Assembly (NCBI GenBank): GCA_963755715.1
Contig: CAVWLW010000024.1
Coordinates: 32,001-96,000 of the forward strand
DNA length: 64,000 nt
Direction: 5' to 3'
From: an uncultured delta proteobacterium
GTDB taxonomy: Bacteria > Desulfobacterota > Binatia > UBA9968
The position numbers and the translations under genes were made by a program. The notes beneath the pieces were generated by a model. That model saw only the letters and a list, made by a program, of their open reading frames with translations, was not told the origin of the DNA and did not search any database. Below, one piece after another: positions 48,358-64,000 of the stretch; the first letter of the stretch is position 1, and each line of letters begins with the position of its first letter.

Positions 48358-49071
48358 CTAGCTTTTGGCTGGCTGGCGGCAGTCAATAATTGCTTTCAAC
48401 GGCAGGTGGTCCGAGGCTATTCGGCTCAGCGGTGTTCTAAAGCAGCTCAGTGTCGTCAGGGCGCCGGGCGGAGAAACCCAGATTCGATCGAGCGCAAACA
48501 ACGGGAAGGCCGACGGGAAGGTCCGGATCAGCGCGGTTTTTCCCAGTCGCGTATGGATCCAACGCAGCGAACGACCGGTCGGCATCCATTCATTGAAATC
48601 GCTCATCACGATCACGATTCGACTTCGCTGATTTCCTAGCGCGGCTAAAAGTTTCCCAACTTGGAAACGCCGCTCAGCGCCGCGAAGTCCAAGATGTGTG
48701 ACGATCACACGCACTGTTTCGCCATCCAGATCGAGGTCAGCGTCTATGGCGCCGCGCGGTTCTCGGCGGCGATAAGTGAGATCGATTTTGTTCACCGCCA
48801 GGATCTTGCCGCTAGTTAGCAAAACGTTGCCGTAGTGTCCGTTGCGCCGTTCTACCGATGGGCCGGAAACCGCCTGCAACCCCGTGACCCGTGCTAAATA
48901 GTTCATCTGGTGCAATTCTTCCGCGCCGGTCCCATCCGAGTGAACTTCCTGGAGGCCGATGATCTGAGCGCCGCTGTCTCGGATAACCTGCGCGACCCGC
49001 GTCGGGTCGCGGCGTCGGTCCGAGCCGACGCACTCATGGATATTGTAGGACAGAGCCGTGATCGGTTGCAT
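48358..49071 (-). CDS. Endonuclease/exonuclease/phosphatase (EEP) family protein, YbhP-like
   Basis: SYNIH, GLQEV, YGNVLLT, THLGL, SDFNEW, LDRIW and ASDHLP. Confidence 0.9.
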   Translation of the reverse strand: MQPITALSYNIHECVGSDRRRDPTRVAQVIRDSGAQIIGLQEVHSDGTGAEELHQMNYLARVTGLQAVSGPSVERRNGHYGNVLLTSGKILAVNKIDLTYRRREPRGAIDADLDLDGETVRVIVTHLGLRGAERRFQVGKLLAALGNQRSRIVIVMSDFNEWMPTGRSLRWIHTRLGKTALIRTFPSAFPLFALDRIWVSPPGALTTLSCFRTPLSRIASDHLPLKAIIDCRQPAKS

Positions 49072-49205
49072 GTTCGTGCGCTGGATCTGAGAGCATCGTC
49101 AGCGGGCGCGGCCGAATCGGCTCATCGCGGAAGATTCGTGCGCCACGCAGACGAATACGCCGCAGCGTCGATAGAGCACTGCGGTTTGAAGCGAAATTTC
49201 GTCGC

Positions 49206-49289
49206 TTATCTTAGGACTCCGAACAACCAGAGCAAAACAAGAATACTGAGCGGAACTCCTAAAAGCCATAAAATAATACCTGGTACCAT
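49206..49289 (-). CDS. 27-aa membrane protein (MVPGIILWLLGVPLSILVLLWLFGVLR)
   Basis: Near-perfect RBS AAGGAGGTGA; ATG 49289 to TAA 49206; sigma54 motif just upstream; absent from the ORF track. Confidence 0.78.
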   Translation of the reverse strand: MVPGIILWLLGVPLSILVLLWLFGVLR

Positions 49290-49344
49290 GGTTCACCTCC
49301 TTCTTTTTTCGTCGCGTTTAATTCAGCCGCGCGATGGTAAATTT

Positions 49345-49360
49345 TGCAACCGACATGCCA
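49345..49360 (-). promoter_or_regulatory. sigma54 (-24/-12) promoter
   Basis: Minus strand TGGCAT-GTCGG-TTGCA, about 55 nt upstream of ATG 49289. Confidence 0.75.
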
Positions 49361-49694
49361 CTATGCTTGGCATCACTTAATGCAGCAAATTTCGCAGCTT
49401 GGGTGAACAAGGAAAACCAAACAAGTTCGTAAAGAAGAGAAAATCCTTCGCTCGCACCATTCGTTTCAGGAAGTTTACGGATCTCTTACGCGATGGCAAT
49501 GGCTTATTTAGATGACCAACCAAATCTTGAAGTGTCATGCCGAGGACCAACTGCAACTGTTCCGTCGGGATGGACTCATTGACAAATTCGCCCTGTATCG
49601 GATATTTCAAAAAGGACGGTTAGATGCCGGCGGCGCGCGGATATCGGCAGTGATCGACAAATTACGATTCATTTTTTAAAGGAGGATTCCAACC

Positions 49695-50855
49695 GTGGTG
49701 ATGTTAGGCACAGACATGAAAGTCGCGGAGACCCCCAAAGAGGGTCTCAAAGATTACACTAAGACCGATCCTTACGCAGAATGGCTGCAGAAGGAGGGCG
49801 TCAGAGTTTATAAGAACCACTACTTTCCGAGCTTGGCCAAGATCGAGCTCGGTCCATGGGAGCGAAAGGGAGGAAGTGGAGCGATCGTCCACATCGATAA
49901 CCGTCACATGCCCAACGATTGTCACGTCATCGAGATCAAGCCAGGCGGTAAGTCGGAGCCGGAGCATCACATGTATGAGCTCACGATCTATGTCGTTTCC
50001 GGCCGGGGCGCAACGACCATCTGGCAGGACGAAAAACAAAAGAGTAGCTTCGAGTGGCAGGCCGGCAGCCTGTTTTCAATCCCACTCAACGCGAAGTACC
50101 AAAACTTCAACGGCAGCGGCCAAGAGCCGGCGCGCTATATCGCGGTAACCAACGCGCCGCCGATGATGCGTCTATACCGCGACAATGATTTCATCTTCAA
50201 TTGCAATTACCTGTTTCACAAGCGTTACGCGGGGGAGGAAGATTACTTCAGCGGCAAGGGCAAGCTTTTCAACCGGCGCATATGGGAATCCAACTTCATC
50301 GCCAATGCGCCGGACATGTTGCTCTACGGCTGGAAGGAGCGCGGCGCCGGCGGCATCAACGCGATGCTGGAGATGGCTGAAAATAACACCAAGAGCCACA
50401 TCTCCGAGTTTCCGATCGGCACCTACAAAAAAGCACACCGCCATGGTCCCGGCGCCCATCTCGTGCTACTCAGCGGCACCGGCGGCTACTCGTTGATTTG
50501 GACCAAAGAAGATCGTTCCGACATGATCAAGTGCGATTGGCAATTAGGCTCGATGGTGACCGTGCCCGCCGACAACTGCTATCATCAGCATTTCAATTCT
50601 GGAACGACGCGAGCCCGGTATCTTGCGCTTCGCCCCGGTGACATGGGCCTTTATAAAGGCCGTGGCGGCGGCGGCGAGAATGCCGACCGGAGCATGAAGG
50701 AAGGCGGTTGGCAGATCGAGTACGAGGATGAAGATCGCGAAATTCACGGGATCTTCGAGAAGGAGCTCAAGGCTCATGGGGCGACGTGCAAGATGAAAGC
50801 CTTTGTGCCGTGGTGCACCGGCGAAGTCGGGCCGACGAGCGAGCGCGATACGTAA
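49695..50855 (+). CDS. Bicupin protein (gentisate 1,2-dioxygenase-like fold)
   Basis: Two cupin motifs: EHHMYE..VVSGRG..WQAGSLFSIP and AHRHGPG..YHQHFN; AGGAGG RBS. Confidence 0.78.
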   Translation: MVMLGTDMKVAETPKEGLKDYTKTDPYAEWLQKEGVRVYKNHYFPSLAKIELGPWERKGGSGAIVHIDNRHMPNDCHVIEIKPGGKSEPEHHMYELTIYVVSGRGATTIWQDEKQKSSFEWQAGSLFSIPLNAKYQNFNGSGQEPARYIAVTNAPPMMRLYRDNDFIFNCNYLFHKRYAGEEDYFSGKGKLFNRRIWESNFIANAPDMLLYGWKERGAGGINAMLEMAENNTKSHISEFPIGTYKKAHRHGPGAHLVLLSGTGGYSLIWTKEDRSDMIKCDWQLGSMVTVPADNCYHQHFNSGTTRARYLALRPGDMGLYKGRGGGGENADRSMKEGGWQIEYEDEDREIHGIFEKELKAHGATCKMKAFVPWCTGEVGPTSERDT

Positions 50856-50885
50856 GCCGCGCGGCGAGCGCTGATCTCAAACCGT

Positions 50886-51269
50886 TTAGGACTTGCGCGT
50901 TTGCAGGAGTGGTAACGGACGGCTGCGCAAGTGGCCGTCCTCGAAAACCACCAAGCTGCCTTGTTCGAGCAGCTCGGTTAAAGTCGACATATTGGCGAGC
51001 AACAAGGCCGCTTGTTTTTCGGCGCGGCGTGGTGCTTCCCGCCTGAACAAGATCACCGAAGGTTTCACGGCTTGACGCGCCGCGAGTATCGACGCAAAGT
51101 TGGTGTCGGCGGAGACAAGCACGCGGTATTCTTCCGCGGCGCGTGCAAAGACAACTTCATCGTCGGCCTTATGAATGCCGTAACGCCGCACTTGAATCGA
51201 GTCATGCCCGGCGAGCCGCAGTTGCTCTGCGACAAGCGGAGACAAGGAACTGTCGATGAGGAAATTCAC
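50886..51269 (-). CDS. DUF5615-family PIN-like toxin
   Basis: FLIDSSLS..LRLAGHD, ADDEVV, RVLVSADTNF and PSVILFR; overlaps the upstream DUF433 gene by 4 nt. Confidence 0.85.
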   Translation of the reverse strand: MNFLIDSSLSPLVAEQLRLAGHDSIQVRRYGIHKADDEVVFARAAEEYRVLVSADTNFASILAARQAVKPSVILFRREAPRRAEKQAALLLANMSTLTELLEQGSLVVFEDGHLRSRPLPLLQTRKS

Positions 51270-51496
51270 TGAATCTCGATCAAGGGCAGTTCCCGTTCGC
51301 GAAGGGCCGCGGCGGCGAAGCGTAATGCTTCCCGGATATCTTCCGCTTCGAGATCGGGATAGGCGTTGAGAATTTCTTCATTCGACATGCCGTCGGCCAA
51401 CATCCCGACCACCGTCGCGACGGGAATGCGCAAGCTTCTGATGCAGGGCACGCCATCCATCTGCTTCGGATTGATACTGATCCGTTCGAATTTCAT
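51266..51496 (-). CDS. DUF433-family antitoxin
   Basis: RISINPKQMDGVPCIRSLRIPV..EILNAYPDLEAEDIREALRFAA; GGAGG RBS. Confidence 0.9.
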   Translation of the reverse strand: MKFERISINPKQMDGVPCIRSLRIPVATVVGMLADGMSNEEILNAYPDLEAEDIREALRFAAAALRERELPLIEIQ

Positions 51497-53356
51497 GCTG
51501 ACCTCCGGGCGAATCAAGATGCGCCTGGGCATGATTATCCCGAATCTTCACCGCTACTACAATAACGCGGACTCGGAGAATCGGAATATTTCAATGACGC
51601 GGATTTGGTTCTAGGCCCCAGAACAACAGGGGACACGCTTGCGCAGGGGTTCTCGTGAGGGAGTGGGATTCTTGGGTTAGAGGCAAGCGAGAATCGACTT
51701 TTCCGTCGAAAAAAATCACAGCGGACGGTTGTCTTTGCCTTACGCCTTGGCGCCGAAGAGTTTCATCATTTTGTCGATGTCCTCGGATTCTTCTGTCGGG
51801 TCTTGCCCATTGTTCACGTTGACGCCTTCGGTAAGCTTCTGCTCCAAGGGCAGATGAATTCTAAACGTCGTGCCCTTGCCCGGCATGCTCTCCACGGCGA
51901 TCGTGCCGCCGTGATTTTTGATGATCCGTTCGCTGATCGAGCAGGCCGAGGCCGATACCTTTGCCTTTCTTGGCGGAAAAAAAGGGTTGAAAGATCTTGG
52001 CTAGGTCTTCCTGATCGATTCCCGAGCCGCTATCGATCACCGTGATGACGAGGCTCGGCGTATTCTCCTGGGTTGCCTTGAGCGCCGCTTCGACCTCGAG
52101 ATTGCCGCCTTTCGGCATGGCATCGATAGCGTTTAAGAAAAGGTTGATCAGCACTTGCTCCAATTGCTGCGGGTCGGCGGGAATCAGCGGTAAATCATCA
52201 GCGATCATCGCGCGCGTTTCGATTTTTTGTTTATAAAGACGGTTGGCGACCATGTTCATCGTCTTGTCGATCGCCTGCTTGACATCGGTCGGACAGAGGT
52301 CGGCATTTTTAGGCCGAGAATACTGCAAGAGCTCTTGAATGATTCTCTGGCAGCGTTTGGTTTCTTCGTCGATGATTTTCAGCGCCTGGTGGTTCGGTGT
52401 GTTGGGCTCGAACTCGCTCAACAATTGCTGCGTGAAGCCCATGACGATGCCTAAGGGATTGTTGAACTCGTGCGCCATGGAGGCGGTGATGACGCCGAGC
52501 GAAACCAAACGACCGGAAGCGATGAGCTGTTGCTCCAGTTCTTGCGCCTGCCGCCGCAGCTTGGCTTCGCTCTCGCGCAGGACTTCCTCGACCCGCTTTT
52601 TTTCGGTCAAATCTCGCGTCACCACGGAAAAGCCGACCAGATTTTTGCGTTCGTCGAGCAGCGCCGAAACCACCGTGTTCGCCCAAAAGCGCGCGCCGTC
52701 TTTGCGCACACGCCATCCTTCTTGCTCGCTTCGTCCGTTGGTCGCGGCGTAGCGCAGCGCCTGCTCTGGAAAACCCTGGGCTTGGTCCTCTGTAGTGTAA
52801 AAGCGAGCGAACGGCTCGCCGATGATTTCTTCATGCTGAAAACCCTCGATCCGTTCGGCGCCGATATTCCACGAAGTCACCCGGCCTTCCGGGTCGAGCA
52901 TGAAGATCGCATAGTCCTGCATGCTTTCGACCAGAAGACGAAAGCGTTCTTCGCTTTGCTGGATCGCCTTCAGCTTCAGCCGCTCGTTGATATGAAACAA
53001 GTCGACGAAAACCGAAACCTTGGCTTTCAGAACCTCGGGGACGACCGGTTTGAAAGAGGTAATCCACGGCTCCTTTCGCCGCGCCGCGGTACACGTCGGC
53101 TTCCAGAGTATCGATGGCCGAAAGAAAAATGATCGGGACATGACGCAGACGCTCGTTTTGACGTATCAGATCGGCGGTTTCAAAGCCGTCCATGTCGGGC
53201 ATGCGCACGTCCATCAAAATCACGGAGAAATCCTGACGCAACAGCCAGCGCAGCGCTTCTTGTCCCGACGCCGCCGTGACCGTGTGGCGTCCCGGTCCGG
53301 AGAGCAAAGCCTCCATGGCGAGGAGCGTCCGCGGATCATCGTCGACGATCAGTATG

Positions 53357-59365
<6,009 letters not shown>

Positions 59366-59744
59366 AACGTCTTCCTTATGCAGTGGTAATAAGACCGTTC
59401 GCCAATGACACTGTTTAGATCTCGTGCTATTTGTCGCTGTTTTACTAGGGATTACCTTCTTTAACCATACCCCTCCATAGGCGCGAGTCGGTCACACGCA
59501 ATTGTAATTGGGCGCATCGTACTCTGTCACGCGGTCGAAGGCATTCGGATTCGGTCTGTTTATGGAATACTCTGAGTATTGCATAAAAATAGGATCTGGC
59601 AAGCAAAAAAAATCTTTCATAAACGACCCGCCAGATGGCGCCGGAGCTTTGGGGCAACGCTAATTGCTCTGATGGGGCGCTTAAAAGTCGGAACTGTGCT
59701 GTATCGATTTTACCAACAATACCGATGCGACTGCAGGCTTGGAC

Positions 59745-60824
59745 TCACTTCGGGCGAGGTTCGCGGAGCGAAGCATCGGGCCGTTTGAGCTTACCCCGGC
59801 GAAGTAGACGCACTCCATTGACCAAACTGCGCGCGGCATTGCGCACTTCTTGGTGAAAATCTTTGTCTTGATCCAGATCGTCGTGGCTGGTCGCATACGG
59901 GCGATAGTAGCCAACGTAGCCGTCGACCAAGGCCGCGTTGCCGGCGGCAATAAGGCCCATGTCCGTCAACCAGTCCGTGAGAATTCGCCTGAGCGTTTCC
60001 GCGCCGGCGGCGTCGCCGTGCACGACGATGGAAAAGAGCCGGCCGGCGAGATGGCGCGGGTAGTGCCATCCTTTGAGCTCTACTTCTTTGGCGCGCTCGG
60101 GATTTTTGCCGCCGGTGAGCGTTGGGTCGGGGTTGCCGCCATCGGCGCAGACGAGGCGATCGATCATGAGCTTTAACGAACTCGGCGCTTGGTACCAATT
60201 CACCGGGCAGAGAATCATGATTCCATGCGCCGCCACCCAACGCGGATAAATTTCCGCCATCCAGTCGTTGACCTGTCCCATGGCATGGTTCGGATAACAG
60301 GAGCACGGCCAGTGACAGAGCGGCATCGCGGTCGAAACACAGGCCTTGCAAGGATAAATGATCCGCCCGTACTCCGAGGCGAGCCGGCTCAAATCGAGCA
60401 GGTCGACCTCGACGCCTTTGGCGCGCGCGAATATTTCTTCGGCCATTTTGGCAAGGCGAAAAGTTTTTGACACTTCTCCCGGGCAGGTTTGATCACTGCG
60501 GGTCGAGCCGTTGATGAGCAGAATGCGCGAGTTCGCTCGGGAATTTTTCTGCCGTTTTTGCGCCTGTTCGATGGCGCTGCGGGTTTCGAGCCATTCAATC
60601 GGCAAAGCGAATTCAGGGTCGCTGAAGCCGCGTCCGGCCCGGCGGGTGCGCGGACTCTTGTGGTACTCGGTATAATTTTTCCACGCGACTTCGATGATCT
60701 TTTCTATTTCCGGCGCGACCGTGGCGAAAGTCGGATCGTAAAACCGCGCGCGGGCACGCTCGAAAAATTCGCCTTTCTTCAACTGCACGCTCGGCATGCC
60801 GGTGCGAACTTTGGGTTTGGCCAC
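59745..60824 (-). CDS. Cys-rich flavodoxin-fold NADPH-dependent FMN reductase / iron-sulfur flavoprotein-like protein
   Basis: LINGSTR, PCKACVSTAMPLCHWPCSCYP and PVNWYQAPSSLKLMIDRL; GTG 60824 after GAGAGG. Confidence 0.82.
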   Translation of the reverse strand: MAKPKVRTGMPSVQLKKGEFFERARARFYDPTFATVAPEIEKIIEVAWKNYTEYHKSPRTRRAGRGFSDPEFALPIEWLETRSAIEQAQKRQKNSRANSRILLINGSTRSDQTCPGEVSKTFRLAKMAEEIFARAKGVEVDLLDLSRLASEYGRIIYPCKACVSTAMPLCHWPCSCYPNHAMGQVNDWMAEIYPRWVAAHGIMILCPVNWYQAPSSLKLMIDRLVCADGGNPDPTLTGGKNPERAKEVELKGWHYPRHLAGRLFSIVVHGDAAGAETLRRILTDWLTDMGLIAAGNAALVDGYVGYYRPYATSHDDLDQDKDFHQEVRNAARSLVNGVRLLRRGKLKRPDASLREPRPK

Positions 60825-60880
60825 AAGACCTCTCAAACAAATAGAGCGAGAAACGATCCGCAAATAGATCGTTGCTCGAG

Positions 60881-61924
60881 TTATCTAATATTAAAAATCT
60901 CGTTGTAGAGTTTGGTCGTCGCCTCGGCGTTTTCCAACGCTTCACTGTCCTGCACGTGCCTTTTGAAACCCTTAAACATGCGCGCCGGCTCGGCATCGAC
61001 GCCGGTGCGCCCCGGCACGCGATGAAAAGCGCGCACCATCTCCTGGCCTTTTCTTGACAGCGCAAAATCGATGAAGAGTCTGGCCGGCGTTCGGATGCGG
61101 CGCTTGCGCGGCGATCATGATCGCGTTGACTTGCACGAAGACCGGCTCCAACGCGACCCAATCGATCGGCGCGCCCCTTGATACAAAAGTTTGCAGCGTA
61201 TTTCCGGCGGCCAATGTTATGGGGAATTCTCCGGCGGCGAGCAACTGAATGCGGTTCGACGGGCTGCCCGCTTGTACGGCCGGTTCCTGGGCAGCGAGTT
61301 GTCTAAAATAGCCGAGCGCTTTCTCGCGTCCCCAGAGCTTGATCAGACCGGAGAGGAATAAGCGCGCCGTTATCCGCGCCGAGGGCGATCTTTCGTCCCT
61401 TCCATTTTGGATGGAGCAACTCAGCATAGCTCTTCGGTACTTCTTCTTTTTTGACCATGCGCGTGTTGTATCCGAGAAACCAAGGGACGACGTAAGCGGA
61501 GTGCCAATAGCCCTCGTTATCTTTCAAGTCGTCGTCGTAGAATTTCGCCTCGGGCGATACGTAGCGGCCGATCAAGCCTCTCTTCTTCAGCGGCAGGATG
61601 TTTTCATGGTTGGTGTTGAAGACGTCGAAAAATACTTTCTGAGCGCGCGCCTCGTTGAGTATTTTATTGACCAAGACTCCCGAGCCGGCGCGCACCACCG
61701 ACGGCTTGATGAACGGATAGTTCCTTTTGAAACTCATCCGCCATCGGTTTGGAATCTTGCAGGCCGGCGGTGGTGTACCAAATCAACTCGCCTTCTTTTT
61801 TCGCGCGCTCTAAAATTGCTCGACGATCCGTGTCCTGGGCCGACGTAGCCGTGCAGAGGGCAAATACAAAAAGTAAATAGACTGAGAGCGCAGAGAAGGC
61901 ATGTAGTCGCATGATGACGCGCAT
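60881..61924 (-). CDS. ABC-type extracellular solute-binding protein (AfuA-like) with three indels
   Basis: Signal peptide and AKKEGELIWYT (61664..61957), GYNTRMV..LLHPKWKG (61303..61737), LLAAGEF..APHPNA (60972..61427); ends YNEIFNIR* at 60881. Confidence 0.8.
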
Positions 61925-62094
61925 GGGTTTTAGTGCGCCACAGTTACAACGGATCAAATCGGCAAGTCAAACTTCAAGGCCGGAGCTTTCGCCAGCCCTC
62001 TTTTTAGGCAGGTCCTGAGCGATAAAATGAGCATCCGAGCAGAGGTTGCAAAGTTGTAACACTGATTTTAGCGAGAATATCTCGGTAAAACCCC

Positions 62095-62110
62095 TGGCAT
62101 CGACATTGCT
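62095..62110 (+). promoter_or_regulatory. sigma54 (-24/-12) promoter
   Basis: TGGCAT-CGACA-TTGCT, intergenic, about 210 nt upstream of 62319. Confidence 0.6.
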
Positions 62111-62318
62111 GTCCCATAATTCGAATTTTGCGCGCAAGATAGCCTTGTGCTATACGGCAGAGGGCGCCGATGGGTGTGTTTTGCCCTGAATCGCTCGTTG
62201 CCGATTAGAAGAAAACAAAATTGCGGCCGGGCGCTGTGTCTCCGGCAGACCACTTACTCGCTACGTAAAAGATGAGCTTCGTATAATCGACGAACCACCC
62301 AGACCAAGGAGGCGTCAC

Positions 62319-63362
62319 GTGACAAGTAAAGCTTCATCGAGTTGTATCGTGCTGGCAATCGTTTCTTTTCTCCTCTCCATCTCCTGCTTTTCTTTTGTCT
62401 TCGCCGCCGGCGCGCCGGCCAGCGAATCCCTCGACCAGCTTTACGAAAAGGCCAAGAAAGAAGGGGGCAAGATAACCCTTTATGCGCCGCTTTCCAGTAG
62501 GGCTATGGAGGTGATCCCGCAAGCCTTTATGAAAAAATTTCCCGGGCTGACGGTGAACCACATCGATGCGACGCCGGATGAACTGCTCGCGCGCGCGAGC
62601 GCCGAGGCGCGCGGCGGCCGGATTATCGCGGACGTGCTGGGCGGATCGCTGGCTTACATCAATCAAGCCGTCGATCAAAAACTGCTCACGCCGCTGGAAC
62701 TGCCGGAAGCCGCGGCCTTCCCGGCGGCTCTGAAAAGCGGTTTCTGGGTCGCGACGGACACGCAGTTTTATATCACGGGATGGAATACCAATCTGGTCAA
62801 AAAAGCCGACGAGCCCAAGAGCTTTGAGGATCTTGCCAGTCCGAAGTGGAAAGACCTTATGATGGGCGAGGCGCGCGATTTTCAAATGCTGATCGGGTTC
62901 GCTAAGCGCAAATACAAAAACGATGAAAAGGCCATCGAGTTATTTAAACGTATCGCCGCGAATCAGGTTGAATTTCATAAGGGCCATTCCCAGCTCATCG
63001 AATTTTTGGTCGCGGGGCAACGCGCTCTATGCTTCACCTGTTACTCGCACCATTTCCCGCCGCGGGTTAAAAAAGGCGCGCCCATTCAAGCCATGTTGAC
63101 CGAAGGGGTCGGCGAAGTCGGCGGCACGGTTTCTGTTCTCAGAGGCGCGCCGCACCCCAACGCCGGTTTGCTCTGGGCGCGCTGGGCGATCAGCGAAGAA
63201 GGCCAGCGAGTCTGGGCTCAAGGGGGCGAGACACCGGCGCATCCGCACGTGGAACCTTTGGATAAGGTTCGCCCCGAGGCGATTTACATGTTGACCAGCG
63301 ACGACATTAAAGAGTTTCCGAAGTACGAAAAAATGTGGAAGGAAATTTTTCAAATAAGATAA
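62319..63362 (+). CDS. ABC-type extracellular solute-binding protein (AfuA-like)
   Basis: Signal peptide; AKKEGGKITLY, GWNTNLV..PKSFEDLASPKWK and APHPNAG; AGGAGG RBS. Confidence 0.87.
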   Translation: MTSKASSSCIVLAIVSFLLSISCFSFVFAAGAPASESLDQLYEKAKKEGGKITLYAPLSSRAMEVIPQAFMKKFPGLTVNHIDATPDELLARASAEARGGRIIADVLGGSLAYINQAVDQKLLTPLELPEAAAFPAALKSGFWVATDTQFYITGWNTNLVKKADEPKSFEDLASPKWKDLMMGEARDFQMLIGFAKRKYKNDEKAIELFKRIAANQVEFHKGHSQLIEFLVAGQRALCFTCYSHHFPPRVKKGAPIQAMLTEGVGEVGGTVSVLRGAPHPNAGLLWARWAISEEGQRVWAQGGETPAHPHVEPLDKVRPEAIYMLTSDDIKEFPKYEKMWKEIFQIR

Positions 63363-63440
63363 GGACCAGAGCCTCAGTTTAGTTTCCGCAGTTTGCTGCG
63401 CAATTCTAATTCCGTCATTCCCACATGTCTTTAGCGGAGG

Positions 63441-63472
63441 AAACGGCCCGCGCCCGATGCGGCGCGGGCCGT
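63441..63472 (-). terminator. Probable intrinsic terminator of the TPP-enzyme gene
   Basis: ACGGCCCGCGCC-6nt-GGCGCGGGCCGT with a short T-run on the minus strand. Confidence 0.55.
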
Positions 63473-63481
63473 GACGAGCTA

Positions 63482-64000
63482 CTAACCGTGATTTCTGCGA
63501 TCGCAGACGGCGTCGATGAGGGCGGGTTTGCCTTGCTTGACTTGTTCGATGGCGCGCTTGAGAGCGGGCTTGAGATCGTCGGCGTTTTCGAACGGCCCTT
63601 CGGAATACCAGCCCATGGATTTCGCCAAGCCGGCGAAGTCCGGATCGGGATCGTAGAGATCCATGCCGATATGCGCGCGTGCCGGGTCGGTGCCGCGGGT
63701 TTTCGCCAGGACGATCTGATGATTCCAGTCGTTGTAGTAAGCCCGGTTGTTGAACATGACGATCAACATGGGAATTTTATATTTCGCCGCGATCCAGAGC
63801 GAACCGGCGTCGAACATCAAATCGCCATCAGGTTGCAAGTCGACGACAAGCCGGCCGGTTCCTTTGTTGGCGAGAGCGACGCCTAACGATAAACCGATCT
63901 GTGTGCCGGTGCCGAGCTCGCGGCCGGCATGACAATAGGGCCGGTCAAAATTCCAAAGCTTCTTGCCCCAACTGCCTAGATCTCCGGTGGTGAGCACCCA
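63482..64000 (-). CDS. Thiamine-diphosphate-dependent enzyme, C-terminal part (5' end outside the window)
   Basis: ThDP motif variant PDGDLMF...MFNNRAY; PDFAGLAKSMG; GKPALID. Confidence 0.85.
   Translation of the reverse strand, partial: WVLTTGDLGSWGKKLWNFDRPYCHAGRELGTGTQIGLSLGVALANKGTGRLVVDLQPDGDLMFDAGSLWIAAKYKIPMLIVMFNNRAYYNDWNHQIVLAKTRGTDPARAHIGMDLYDPDPDFAGLAKSMGWYSEGPFENADDLKPALKRAIEQVKQGKPALIDAVCDRRNHG

Noticed and set aside
49368-49384. TGGCATCACTTAATGCA as a sixth, divergent sigma54 promoter
   Set aside because: GG-to-GC spacing is 11 rather than the required 10, and TTGC is absent

Overview
64 kb of GC-rich bacterial chromosome with no rRNA, tRNA, CRISPR array, transposase or phage genes that I could recognise. 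The gene content suggests Candidatus Binatia/Binatota (ex-Deltaproteobacteria), inferred from the many orphan solute-binding proteins and CoA-dependent catabolic enzymes. About 14 genes carry single-base indels, often in short homopolymers, which looks like long-read consensus error rather than pseudogenisation. Main content: (i) organic-acid and aromatic catabolism, including an itaconate/methylsuccinate-like CoA-transferase/MaoC hydratase/acyl-CoA dehydrogenase/CitE-lyase set, a benzoate-CoA ligase with a complete Liv-type ABC importer, an HCHL-like crotonase, FAH, a molybdopterin enzyme and a bicupin; (ii) nine solute-binding proteins with no adjacent permease; (iii) a general-stress-like island (BON x2, YflT-like, CsbD, DUF748, EEP and two <30-aa membrane proteins missing from the ORF track) near a 2002-aa poly-HAMP hybrid histidine kinase and an OsaB-like REC-PAS kinase. 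The most notable non-coding signal is five intergenic sigma54-type -24/-12 promoters (TGGCAT-N5-TTGCW), four directly upstream of stress/envelope genes, which suggests a sigma54-driven general/osmotic stress regulon. Other oddities are an LspA-like protein lacking one catalytic Asp, tandem secreted DUF442-like proteins, a TAXI-fold protein without a signal peptide, and a 128-bp MITE-like element. All family assignments come from motif recognition by eye; no database searches were run.
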